Below are positions 26,899 through 41,000 of a stretch of DNA of 64,000 nt, one piece after another. The DNA is from the human T2T-CHM13v2.0 reference genome, Homo sapiens. The stretch is taken from assembly GCF_009914755.1 (NCBI RefSeq), contig NC_060925.1. One strand, given 5' to 3'. Each line of letters opens with the position of its first letter. The first letter of the stretch is position 1. The notes under the pieces are model-generated. The model had not been told where the DNA came from. It saw nothing but the letters and a program-made list of their open reading frames with translations, and made no database searches. Made by a program: the position numbers and the translations under genes.

Positions 26899-28099
26899 AA
26901 GTAAACTATTATATATGTTGTCTAAGGAGTTAAGCGATGTCAACCAAGAGGAAGTTACATGCTCCAGGAATATAAACAGGTGAGTATTTGATTAAACATA
27001 TGCAGTTGAGAGATACTCATGAACTAAGACATACTGTTAGAGAATTGGTTCAGGTCAAAAATTAGTTCAAATCAAGATAATGAGTTCGACAAATGAAGGA
27101 AGCTAGCTAAGTTGCCTGCAGTTTCATTGACTTGAGTTGACTCAATTCAAGGGCTAAACAGAGAGCTTCCTTGATTATGTTCAGATTGAATGAAATCAAA
27201 CCCTTTTCTGATATTGTGGTCCAAAATTACTTTGCCTCATCCATGGGCAACTGTTAAAACCAAGGGAAGTGGTCAGATAGTAAGCAGTTCCATCTGCTGT
27301 GTTTGCGTTTTGGAGTTAAATAGCCTAGGAATAAACTTTTCTTAAAACCCTTTTACCCAAAGAATCATGTAATTCCTCTTTGAGCCTTTCCACATGTGTT
27401 ATCTGAAGAAGCCTGCTGCAATGGCGTAGTCTCCGTGAAATGGTCTTAATCTCATCTGAATTCAAGTAGCAATTTTCTTCAGCAAAATGAGGCTCTTTGA
27501 GTTTCAGAAGGGAAAGAAAAAATACATTTCCTATTAATCTGTAAATTCTCTCCCCATGACAAAGCTGAATTATAAAGGCTTAACATTTGCAGCATGATAA
27601 TTTCTTACAACCAGCTATGGAACATGACCAACATTGCAATGAAGGACGTAAATTTTCATGAATTATTATGGCAATGGATTTTAGCAGAAAAAATATCTAT
27701 TTAATCAGATACTGATGTATTTCTGCCAGTTAGGTGCAGCAATGCCCTCTGCACATTGCAGGAAATGCACTGAAAATCAAAGATTGGGAATGTTTTTGAC
27801 TTCTATGTCCTACTTAGCCAAGTGCATCTGGGCTCTCCAAAATTTCTCTAAATTGACCACTTTGAAATTGTTACTTAACTAGGTGAATCTGATCTCTTGT
27901 TGAAGTTACTGTGAACTATCAAAAATCTCTATGACAGCCATTCCCAAAAATATTTACAGAAACATTATCCTTTAAGATTCTTTGGGGAAAGAAAGAATGT
28001 TTTGTGGTCAAAAAATTTGGAATACAGTGTACCCTACACCTAAACAACTAACACCAACAGGTTTTAAAGGTTTTGAGGAGTCCTACAGTAAGGAATCTG

Positions 28100-28590
28100 T
28101 ATTAGTTAATAGCGCAGTATTACCCTAAAACATGGCGTAATAATCTGTATTACTCCAAAACTTGGCAAGTTAGACATCTGTTATCGCAAAAAGATTCAAA
28201 GGATCAGGACTCTGGGAATGACTTAGCTGGATATCCTGGCTTAGGGTCTTTCATGTGGTTGTAGTCAAGCTGTTGGCCAGGTCTGCAATCATATGAAGGC
28301 TTGAAGGGGGACAGGAAGATCTACTACAAAGATGGCTCACTCACATGGATGTTGGCAAGAGAGCTCAGTTCTTTACCATGTGCAACTCTCCACAGTACTG
28401 CCTGAGTGTCCTCATAGCATGGCAGCAGGCTTCCCATAGAATAAGTGATCTGAGAAAGAGAGAGCAAGCAGGAAGCCAGAGTGCTTTTTATGATCTAGTT
28501 TGTGAAGTCACACATATTCACTTCCACTTTTACTCTATTCATTAAAAATGAATCACTAAGTCAAGCTTATACTCGAAGAGTAGGTAAGTA
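28100..28590 (-). mobile_element. MLT1 (G/H-like) MaLR LTR
   Basis: AAGATGGCTCACTCACATGG, TGCCTGAGTGTCCTCATAGCATGGCAG, GAAGTCACACA..CACTTCCAC. Confidence 0.75.
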
Positions 28591-30044
28591 GGAAGTACAC
28601 ATATACACAGATGTGTTAGACATGAATACTCTTGATTAAAACAATTAAACCTCATTCTACATTCAAGAAAATTACATTTCGTTTCAGATGTAAGTTCAAG
28701 CTCTTAATAACATTAGCTAATACAATAATTTTGGGGTAGACTATTACTTTCAGATAATTCATAACCCATCCTGTGTAGTTAAATGTAAATCTTGCAAAAG
28801 CAAAGAAAAACCGGTTATTAGAGGTGTAGGTTATATTGGTTCTCCAAGGGGAAATGCATTCTATGTTGCTGAATATTTAAGTATGCCTTTATTACATATC
28901 ATATATATACTTTATCCTCAGAAAAACATTTCTGCATATGAATGATAGGTTTAACAGGTGCCGCAATTCCTTTTTGCCTAAGGTAAATAAGAAGGGGTGT
29001 GTCAATGGCCATAAGAGACTGGGAAGAAATTGATATGCACCTTAAGGATCAAGTCTGTCAAATCTGTTGTAGATGCAAATATTATATGTCACTCTTTTCC
29101 ACCTTTCAGACAAATATGTGACAATGGCTCTTAGCAAAGAAGAAGATCAAGAATGATTAACTTAATTTTTGTCTGGATGAGTTTGCTCAGTTGGGCAGAG
29201 CAGAGTAGTGACAACAGTGTAAATGCTCCCAGTTGCCAGAGAGTTGCCTTCTGTTTCATAGGCACACTCCAGAGTTCCTGGCTAGTCATTTTTCAGATGT
29301 TTGCTTAGAATAATTAAGAAATGATGTGAGAGAATATGGATAGCTCAATAAAAACTACATATCAAAACAAGTCATAACTGCAGATAAAACAAACATTAAT
29401 TTTTATATATTACTTATACTTTAAAAAGTCGATAAATTCATCACCCCATATTTTAATGTGTCTAATGTACCACATCATACCAAAAATGTAAACAGAAAAT
29501 TGCTCCAAGCTCTCAGAACATATCCCAGAACCTCAGATTTTTCCATTCATTTGAACACAAAATACTGGTTTTTGTTGGACGGATGTCACACATTAAGCTT
29601 TAAGGCAAATGTGTTCAAGAATCAGATCTGCTCTAATATCATTTTTGAAATAACACACACCCAGGTTTAAATGGAATTTCTTTAAGATATATGCAGAAAG
29701 AATACAAGATTATCAATGGTATATGCCATCAGAGTTATGAAGAAACCACTAGGTTTGGAGGAGGTAAGAGTTCATTCATCTCAAGGTTCCCAGAAGCTAT
29801 CATGGAGGAGCTAATATGTAAGATGTAATGGTAATGCAAAGGTAATGGGATTTTGAGATAAAGGAAAAAGTGAATGTTTGTGGAGTATTTTACTTCCCAC
29901 CTTTTTCTTCTCTCACTTCCATGGGTCATGATATCAGGTTGTGTCTATCTCCTTACTAGTGGATAAATGTCATATTTGGGGTTCTCTGAGAATCAGATAT
30001 GAAAACAAGGCTAGACATGCAAGAGATTTATTTGAGGAAATACT

Positions 30045-30744
30045 TATATTAGTTTCCCAAAGTTCTCATAACAAAATATCACAGAGTGGCTTAAAGCAAA
30101 AGATATTTACCCTTTCACACTTCTGGAGTCTGGAAGTCTGAGATTAAGGTGTTAGCAGGGCCATGCTCCCTCCAGGGCCTCTAGGGGAGGATTCTTCCTT
30201 GTCTTTTTCAGGTTCCAGTAACCCCAGGCATTCATTCCTTGATTTGTGGTATAATAACTCCAGTCTCTGCTTCTGCCTTCACATGGATTTCTTCCCTCTG
30301 TGTTTTTCAAATTTCTCTTTTCTTTTTAATTTATTTTTTTAAAATTTTTACTTTAAGTTCTGGGATCATGTGCTGAAAGTGTTACATAGGTATACATGTG
30401 CCATGGTGGCTTGCTGCACCTATCAACCCATCATCCAGGTTGTAAGCCCCACATACATTAGGTATTTGTCCTAATGCTCTTCCTCCCCTTTCCCTCCCCC
30501 ATCTAACAGGCCCAGGTGTGTGATGTTCCCCTCGCTGTGTCCATGTGTTCTCATTGTTCAACTGTCACTTATGAGTGAGAACATGCAGTGTTTCGTCCTA
30601 CTGGATGAAGGGCCCATCCTAATGACCACATTGTAATTTAATTGTATCTACAAAGACCCAATTTCCAAATAAGGTCATATTCACAGGTACCAGGGGTTAG
30701 AACTTGGAAATATCTTTTGAGGGGACACAGTTCAATCCATAATA
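30045..30744 (-). mobile_element. MLT1B/C MaLR LTR inserted in the LTR16
   Basis: AAGTCTGAGATTAAGGTGTTAGCAGGGCCATGCTCCC...GGGGACACAGTTCAATCCATAATA. Exact 5-bp TSD ATACT (30040-30044, 30745-30749). Confidence 0.88.
30325..30595 (-). mobile_element. L1PA 3'-end fragment inside the MLT1
   Basis: TACTTTAAGTTCTGGG..CATGTGCCATGGTGG..GAGTGAGAACATGCAGTG. Confidence 0.92.
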
Positions 30745-32560
30745 ATACTTATGAAGTGTGAATGGGGAGAGAGAGAAATATTCAAGGAGAGTCTTCTTTC
30801 TGCAGTGCAGTGTGATCCCTGTGAAAGGAGGGAGGAAGGACAGATTGGGTAGGAAGAAACTCAGATCACAATACAGTTCTGAGAAAGTTCTGGTCAGGCC
30901 ACTGAGGAATCTCCAACCAAAGTTCACCATTAAAGGCATTCCACATCAGGAATAAATGTTCTAGTTCCAGCACCCCCACCTGCCATGTACAGATATTGGC
31001 TTGGAACAGCCTGGTAGAAGCATAGCCTGGCATGAATGAAGCCCAAAAGCTGACAGCTAGAGGCTGTAAAATCAGTTATGCTTGCTCCTCATAGCAGTTT
31101 CTATTAAAGGCAGATCAGAGCAGGACATATCTATGGCCACCACAGTATGCTTTTGCAAGCACACTTGCTCAGTAGCTATGAGTTGCTCTTCCTGAGAGGA
31201 AACTTAGAAGAAGTAGGGTAGTAGGATGACCCATGACCCTCATTGTTGCAGTTGGGCTTGGGGTTGCAACTTGTACTCGTTGTCTCTTTAATCCACTATT
31301 CATGTTAAATTTCCCTCAACCTCAGCAGATCTTTGTGCCTTACCTGATGGCGTGGCTCAAAACTTTATTCCTGAAGGTACCCAAATCCTTGATAATTATA
31401 TCCATCTCACACTGGATTTTGCTCTTATCCATTTACAGTCACATTGGATGAGTACCAAGGACACACAACTGAATCACTTGGGTTCCAAACACATCCCTTT
31501 CTGCCTCCACTGTGCAAAAGCCATCCTATGTTCTTCTGGTGATTATCGTCAATAACCTTCATGAAAATAGTCTCTTGTTCTCATGTGCTGAACACTGGAC
31601 ACGGAGTTCAAAGTGCCCTGACACCAACTGAAGCTTGTAGTCTAACAGGACCCTTGTGTTCCTTGTAAGGGCATGCGTCCCACCCCCTCCATGGGGACCA
31701 GGATATACAACCTTGCAGAGCTCAGATACAGGAAGCAGAACGTTTCCCAATGAGCCATTGTAAATGATGGAAAATGGAACCACATCTCTCATCCCTTGGT
31801 TCCCAGACACAAGTATCCTTCCTACTGGGGACACCATATAGAGGACTTAACTTAATGGATGTACTGCATCCCAAAGGATGACACTTCATCTTTGAAAATT
31901 ATTTCCCCCAAAGCTGGTGCTTTAGCTGTATTTTCAATCATTGTTTCAGCACTTATAAGACCAGCTGTTTCTGAATGGTCTGGCATGTTACACAAGTTGA
32001 TGTCGTGGGCATGAGCCCACTCCCACCCGTTTGTCACTGGGAAGTGGGTTCCTTGCTCCAATGTTATATTGGGTAATATCTCATGCCTGTGGATCTGGCA
32101 TTCTGTAAGTCCCTGGATAGTGGTGCTTGCTGAGGTTTTGTAAGCAGAAATGGTAAACCCATACTCAGAGTAATTATCTATACCTGTGAGGACAAACTGC
32201 TAGCATTTCAGTGATGGGATGGAAGGGGCTCAATGTAGTCAACTTGTAACCAAGTGGCCAGTTGGTCTTCTTGATGAATAGTGCCATATTGGGAGTTCAA
32301 TGCTAATCTCTGCTGCTGGCATCTAAGACTTTCAGAAGCAGCAGTAGCTAGATTGGCTTTTAAAAGTGTGAGGCCCTCAACCAAAGCTGTCATTGTAGAA
32401 ATCTTGCATTGAGCAGGAATGGTCTGGTCCCACTATAACTACCATGTTCAGCTGCTGCCTAGGGGCGTCCTACAGAAGCACTGGTGTGAACAATGTAGTA
32501 GAGCTAAAGGTTCATAAGCTAAAAGGGGTTCAACAGCTATATATCAAATAACAAGTTATC

Positions 32561-33026
32561 TTTTCTTTTTCTTTTTTTATTATACTTTAAGTTTTAGGGT
32601 ACATGTGCACTATGTGCAGGTTAGTTACATATGTATACATGTGCCATGTTTGTGTGCTGCACCCATTAACTCTTCAATTAACATTAGGTATATCTCCTAA
32701 TGCTATCCCTCCCCCCTCCCCCGACCCCACAATAGGCCCCGGTGTGTGATGTTCCCCTTCCTGTGTCCATGTGTTCTCATTGTTCAATTCCTACCTATGG
32801 GTGAGAATATGCGGTGTTTGGTTTTTTGTCCTTGCGATAGTTTGCTGAAAATGATGGTTTCCAGCTTCATCCATGTCCCTACAAAGGACATGAACTCATC
32901 ATTTTTCATGGATGCATAGTATTCCATGGTGTATATGTGCCACATTTTCTTAATCCAGTCTATCATTGTTGGACATTTGGCTTGGTTCCAAGTCTTCGCT
33001 ATTGTGAATAGTCCTGCAATAAACAT
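32561..33026 (-). mobile_element. L1PA 3'-end fragment
   Basis: ORF2 C-terminus [32 protein letters not shown] plus 3'UTR. TSD AAGTTATCTT/AAGTTTTCTT. Confidence 0.95.
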
Positions 33027-36000
33027 AAGTTTTCTTGAAGGGAGATCTGAATGCGGCACTTCTGTGACTGCCACAAGGACTTTATGCCACACGACCTATA
33101 GGGTAGTAGGCAGAGGACAAGAGGACAAGCACAAATAAAGATAGCAGATGGTTCCTTGTTCCTTGGTTTTTCCGGTGAACACCAATACTTGGAGCACCAT
33201 ATCTCAGCACTAACAACCTCTTCCCACCCTGTTTCCTTCTAGAGGTTGCCTACTGCAACAGCCTCTGCTGGCCTGACAGACTTTCCAGAATTTATAATAT
33301 TTTTATTTTCCCAGATTTTCAGTGATTGACTGAGTTGAATGTAGTTAATAGGCCACGTCTACCCCCATTCTTAGACAAACCCAGAACCCTCCCACTTTTA
33401 TTTTGACCTGGCCTTACTCCTGATCCCATGTAGACTCATATCTACCATCTATGACTAAAAGCATATTTGTGACAAAGGAATTAACTTGGTATGGCTTGAG
33501 GGAGAAAGTGAGTGATAAAAATGTAAGGGTAAGTTGAAGTTAGGTTGCGGACACTCTGAGTTTGAGGTCCTTTGGCTTTCATTCTATTTATACAGTCATG
33601 GAGTATTAATAATGGTTTCAGTAAAAAAAAAAAAAATCATCATACCATGGGCAAGAAATTATCATTGCACCTCACTGTAGAAGTAAAAGTAGAAATGATG
33701 TCTCCCATTCTTTGAAAGAATATTAAGTATGAAATAAAATGTGCATCCTTTCATTACTTACTATTTTTTTTAAGTGCATCGGGGTGAATATCTCTGCGTG
33801 ATTCTTTGCAGGGTTTCACTTCTGCTACCAAGAATAATCTCTGCAGGTAAACCTAGTTTACTTAGTTCTGTTATCCAATTTCAATAAAAGAAATATTTAC
33901 CTTCCAGATCCCAAGGAACTAGATTATTAGGTAAGAAAAAACATTAAACGTATCAGGACTGACCAAAAGGCAAGGAAGTCTCTGGCATAGCCTACGGCTG
34001 ATGCTGAACATAAAGCAAAGGTACAGGGAATCTTCCATTATGCTTTAAACTAATCTATATGTTTAATGTCTCCAAAACTAGATTAGATGCAATCATCTCA
34101 AATAAGTTGGTATAATTACAGCATATTCAATTACATCTATTCAGAAGCCATACTTCTTTCTTTGATCAATTAAAGTTAGTAAAGGGAGATGTTAATTAGT
34201 GCCAGCCCTCTGAGAATGAAGAATATGAAGATTGATACAGCCTAGAATATTAGTGGTTTCAAATGTCTCATTTGCCCCAAAGTATTTTTCCCATTGGTCT
34301 CCTAAAGGACCTGTCTTTTGAAAATCCCATTAGAAGTAAAATGTATTTTTTAAAGACACATAAATATTACTCCAGTGTTTACAAAGTCATCTCACTTCTG
34401 GGATATTATCCCAAGGAAATGATTTTAAGAAGGAAAAAAATCTTCAAATACAAAAATGTTTTAGGAGTGTAGATATGTAACCATATTCTCCAGTCATCAT
34501 TAGAGAAGAAGAACTAATGAGGTCACCATGATTAGTAAGAACTTGAAGTTGTTGGGGTCTTTTCCTTATCCTCTGGCAAATGTTCACCTCACAGGTATTT
34601 CTTGGCATCTTCAGAGGTGTCTCTAATTTTTCCCACAAATAGTAGGTGTTGCACTCCCTAGGCACTGCTGTCTCCCTTTTCCCATTAGATGCTACTGCTG
34701 TTATGAAACACATCAGATCTGTGAATCTTCATTGCTTAAGCCGTGCCACTGTTGGTTGCAAAATGATGGTAAATATCCCAGAGCAATTTTGCTTTGTGAC
34801 CTTAATACTTTACTGAGAAATTGAGTAAAAACAAAATTATATTCATTTTTACTTGCAGCCCTTTGCCTCTCATATACAGAAATGAGTCTATGTGCTGGAC
34901 TGGGTATATACAGATTTTAAATGGCAACCACCATGCTGAACTGAAAGTTAATGTTTCTGGTCCTGGAATTTTGTTGCTGTGCTAAAATCTAAAATCATCA
35001 CGCTGTGCTTCCCTTCCAGCACTCCCTTTCCAGACAGGCTTCTGTTGGGCACAGAACATCAGTTAGCAAGACGTGTCTAGAGCTATCTAAATTTCAGCTG
35101 AGGCTCAAAGTTTAATCTCTGCTACATTTTTATTATCAAAACTAAAATCAAACAGTATCAGTAAATTATAAGAGAAAAATTCAATCAAATATGAATATTA
35201 AAAATGTTAAATATTAAAACATTGCAAATGTATGAGAAATATTTAAAACCATATAGACTTTCATGTTAAATATAAAAATATGCACTATACATGTTTTTAT
35301 ATGGTTGATGATTACAGAGTGATATATCAAGGTGAAGGGTTACAGGGTGTATGTCATTGTATGGTAATTGAAAAAAATCATTATTTAGCAATCACATCTT
35401 ATATATGCAGAGATTATAGTAATAAGCATATCTGAAAAAACAATATATTAAAACTATACAATTCCCCCAAATTATGCTAAGGAGCAGAGAGAAACATGTA
35501 TAGTAACCCACTGACACTTTAAAAGCACAGTGAAAGTCAGGTAAAATCCGAAGGGAAAGGGAAAGAAATTTTCCTGTGAAATTCTGTCAGAGACTGAAAG
35601 TAATTCAGATCCAGAGAATGGCAGGTGGCCCAGACGGGAGACACAATGGGCTATGGCCCTGGAGGAGAATCTTGACTACAAGGGAGATGATTTGTTCATG
35701 GAAGGAGGGGACTAACGGTACCTTAGTCTCTTTTTCATTTTGTTTTGAGTTGACCTGAACTAAAATATTTGTTTCTTCCTAGAGTGTCATAAAGGACCTT
35801 ATTCAGAAGCTAAAGGAAACTTCTAAAATTGCACTGCATTTTGTGCTTCGTCTGAACTCTAAATTCTCAGAGTTTCTCAATGCTTTGATCCTTCTTTTAA
35901 AAACCTGTGTGCTCATTACATCTGTACAGCTTGTGGAAATTAGGTAATTATATTTAATAAATGACATGGAAGCAACCATAAAGGTCTGACTTAAGTCACA

Positions 36001-36787
36001 CTCTCCAATAAATGTTCTGATAAAAAGAGTAAGAGGACACTTCCTAATAATATCTCTAATTAACTGGAAAAACTCATCTTTGCTCACTGAGTTCCAGAGT
36101 TGCAATACATTCTTATATATTTTTGAAATCTGAAGAAGTAATCTAAAGTTGGTCCAAGGCTCTTGAATCAAGTGTTAGCAAGCTGAACGTAAGTACAGTG
36201 ATTAAATGTTAATAATCCTACCTTAAAGTGAAAGGAAACGTCCCTAATGGAATGCTCTGGAATGAGCCTTAAGAGCTTAATGGCAGGCGCCTGTATGAAA
36301 AAAAAAAAAGAAAAACAAACAAACAAAAAAGCTTAGTAATGACCCCTCAAACCTCACCTAAAGAACAGAACCAAGATTGATTGGGTTTCCTGACTGTACT
36401 CCATGGATCACTGGAAATAAGAGATGTTTATATTTCAGGTCTCCAGAGAGGAAGGGAAGAAGCTCGTAGACAATATTGGTCTACTGATATAAGTTGCTTG
36501 ATGAACTGAGATGGAAATACCTTCTAATCTACTCACAGAAGATATGTTTTCTTTTACTGGGAGTTTATATATGGCTTATATAACACATTTTCTTTGAGTA
36601 TTGAATTATAATTCCTCAATACAGCACTTTTTTTTTTCACTTTCATCATCCATTATGCCCAGTGGCTTAAGCTTTTTGGAGTGTATATTTGTGTGTGTGG
36701 AGAGGGGATTGGGGTGAGAGGGAGGTAGGTCGGGGAGGAAAGGAGAAACTAGCAATGTGTCAGAGGAAGGTTGTGACATGAGTGTAA

Positions 36788-37084
<297 letters not shown>

Positions 37085-37721
37085 AGCCCTGAGTTTATAA
37101 TTTTTATTAGAGTTGAGATGCTTTTGAAGAGATCTGCACCAGGGTACCTTGTCCTCAAATGCCCATTGGGTTGCGTATTTTCCTAAAGTTTACCAATGGT
37201 ATCAGATTCTACAAGTCAAGTTCAGCCATACCCTGGGTATCTGCAGATAGTCTTGCCTCTCCACACCCAGGATTATGTTCTCATCATTATAATAGCTATC
37301 ATCACAATAATAACCATTTAATGCCTAAAAGGCACAGACAGAATCACATATCGGAACCAGATCTGTCAGACTATAAAGAGGCTGGTTTTCCCACTTTGCT
37401 AAGCTGCATCCCAGAAAGCCCTATAACCTATATTCACACAGTTCCCATGGTAGATTACTGTCTCAGTGGTTGTCAGCAATACTTTTCTTATAAAAATGCT
37501 TCAGGGAATTTGTCCATGAGAAACACCAGCTACTTCCTGAGCCAAGATTCCTGCTCTTTCAGAAAATCATTGACTGATTTGGGAGGGCAGCTCCTGCTCT
37601 TTCAGATTACCTAAGGACCAATCAACACAGACAGAATGGAGATGCTTTGCTACCACTTCCTTAATCCTGCCCTACGTCAGGAAGGAGCCTAAATTTCAAC
37701 CTCAGCCGAACTTCTCAGGCC

Positions 37722-38043
<322 letters not shown>

Positions 38044-41000
38044 TAAAAAACAAAAACCAAAAATCCCAAGTCTACGTTGCCACTATTGGTACTCTAGGGT
38101 GTATGTTTGGGGAACAGTAAAGTGTGCAACTTCTTCCTCCTGCAAACTCACTGTCACTCTTAATCCACCCCCTCCCCATAAACAAAACAAAACAAAACAA
38201 AAACACCCTGGCAGCAGGAATAGAGAAGAGGTAGAATCATTTCAAGATTCCAAGTATACTGGAGGCCAGAATAGGTATATCCTCAGGTTACTATAACAAA
38301 ATAAATGAGGTATTTCCTCAAATTAAAAGGACACCAGAGTAACATCTAAATGATAGCAAATAGCAGTTTCTTCTTTGCTACCTTTTTAAGTAAACTCTTT
38401 ATTTCATGCATGTACAAGGCATACCCTTGGCGGCTCAGGAAGCTAACATCGTAAATATCTTTTAACTGGTGAGTATTTCTATACACTAATGGGTTGAAAG
38501 AGGCTTCCAACCTAGGAATGATTATATTTTGACTGCTTGAGGGATTCAAATGTAATGGCACAACAACATAACTTCAGGACACAGAATGGAAGTTAGAACA
38601 AGTTCAGGCTCTTTGCATGCAATAAACTAGCTCCTAGCCCTTTCAATCACTAAGAGACAATCTGTCCTATTATGTGGACCTAGTCAAAGGGTTTAACAAA
38701 GTAATCATTTCCTGAAGAAGAATATCTATATTATGCCTGAAATACTGGTGTTTCAGCAATGTTTATTAAATTGAATTGAATTAAATGTCCCTTGGAAAAT
38801 TGTTATTTCTTTCAGTCTAGAAAATTTGTCTAGTGATAATCTTTGCTGAAATTTTCCAATTTGATATTGGCGCAGAGAAATGTATATTAAGTTGAACTTG
38901 AGAACTATTTATGTTGGAATAGAAAGTGCCCTAGTCTTGGTTCTAGTCGTAATCCTGACACTGCCTGACTGTGTGATGATAAGTAAGATGAGCTACAGTT
39001 TCCCTATCCTGCAAATATAGGGGCTGGGACCGAATAATATCTTTAAGATAAAAATTTCTGATTCTATTATACCTTTAGGGTCAAAATACCTTCTTTTGTA
39101 ATCTCCTGAGCAAAAAAAATTCATCTAACATATTGAAAAGTAGAAAGGGAAATGGAAAAAGACCAAGGGCAGACCAGCTAAGTCATTCAGAAAGGAAAAT
39201 TAGCACAGTCTCATATTTCCAGTAGAAGGAATGAGTGCTTAGTTTATCTGGACACCAGAGAATAACTCAGTTACTCTTATTTTCAACCTTATTTCACTAT
39301 AGCAGAATCCTTTCATTCAAGGTTGAGAGAGGAAAGTCCAGGGCATGCTGGCCATTAATATTTGAGACAAAAGGTGTCATGGCATTTGTTCGATTTCGAG
39401 AGGCATTTCATTCAGTGGAGATTGTAAACATGTTTGGCATGTCTTAATTGTCACTTTGCTATAGAAGATTTTTAGAAAGCAGGCCAGCATGCTGCCAAGT
39501 GGAATATTTGTTTCTCTGATTTCCCATACAGTAGCTATTTATCTGTCTCCAAGGCAATTCCAACTGTAATGTCTCAGAAGCAGATTAGAAGCTTAGAGTC
39601 AGGAAAGACTGAAAAAACCCTATTGGACCCAAGTGATCAACTGGCTGTCAGGGAATAAATATGGGCAAGAACAAAACAGATGAGAGATGTTAACATTCAG
39701 TGAATAGAGATGGAATTGCTAGCTGGTTCTTGATTATTAACATATAATTTTTCCCAGAGTGTACATATTTCAGCTAGTGTTGTTTAATCTCTACTGTGAG
39801 ACATTTTTTTTGCTTATGGTCATTATTACGCAAAAGTGTGGTTGAATGTTTCAATCTTGCATTTCCAGCAAAGACCAACCTTGTAAGTATACTGACCTAG
39901 GTTAACAATTTTGGAGAAAATGCATTTTAAATGTCACTTTCCCAGTGTTTAAATCAAAATTTAAATTATATTCCAAAAATATTGAAGAAGCTCACAGTAA
40001 AAGAAACATGTAATAGGAAAACAACATTATTACCAAGATTCAATTTCACATACAAGGAGTTTGCATTCTAAGTTGCAGACTTGTGCATACAATATTACTC
40101 TTTTGACCAATTGTACAAATTTTGGAATTGGCTGCCTGGGGAGACTGAAATGTGTTTATTTGTTTCCCTCTGTATACAGAGGGAACAAGTAAGTTTTACT
40201 GGGCATGTGTTATGTATTAGGCACCATCATAAATTTTATAAATACTGACATTTAATCATAAGGTTTAAGCATTGATTGAGATAAGAATCAACTTTATGCA
40301 GGCTAACTAGTCATAGGCTGATAAGAATTTTACTTTTCAGTTTTTATTTCTCATTAATTATATATATTTATAATTTATCTGAAATTTAGACTTTTAAAGT
40401 AACATGAATGGGAAGAAGAGACATAGATAGGGTGAAGCATGAATAAGATGGATTTATTTAGGGTCCTTCCCTGGTTCTGTTACGATGTCGATTTGCCAGT
40501 TTTCTGTATTCGATCCTGTCAGGTGTTTCTCAATTTCCCCTTATTGCACAGATGCATGCTACTTCAAACTCACCCTTGTGATCACCCTGAAGCCAATCTA
40601 TTTTTTATGCCCAAATTTCTTTTAATAGCCAGAGGCTAAGCAGAAAGATACCAAGCATATATTGTCAACCAAGCTAAGGATGACTTTTTGGGAGACAAAA
40701 CTGCAGATACTTCCAAGGTCTCCATGCCTATGCTCCACATTGGCAACCTCACAGAATTTCTTGAAGGGGGACGATGCACACCAGCTTCTGAGTGTTAAGG
40801 GGAGGCATTCATGATTTTGCTCCCTGGGTTTGTACTTAATGACCCCTGTCGGTGGCAACTCTAGCAACCCTAAGTGAAGTACAAGTTGAAGAACAAGTTT
40901 GTAGCATGTTTCAGAGTAGAGGAATATGCACAGAAGTTAGGACCTCCCTTTCTCATGATATTATTTTACTGTTTACGAATAAAACATTCAGTTAAGAAAG

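Larger units (their letters stand above)
29968..33075 (-). mobile_element. Internally deleted ERV-L provirus with LTR16-type LTRs (HERV16-like)
   Basis: 3' LTR 29968-31143 (interrupted). Internal region 31144-32400 translates to ERVL integrase (CQQQR...WLQVDYIEPLP; EQGTHF..WAHAH..HSETAGLI) and dUTPase (VSPVGRI.SGNQG...YKLQLVSGHFEL). Partial 5' LTR ~32410-33075 is homologous to 30947-31143. Confidence 0.8.

Noticed and set aside
31559-32393. Domesticated integrase/dUTPase gene
   Set aside because: Broken across several frames by stops and frameshifts, consistent with neutral decay.
37159-37614. 151-aa ORF
   Set aside because: No recognisable homology or exon structure. The length is compatible with chance.
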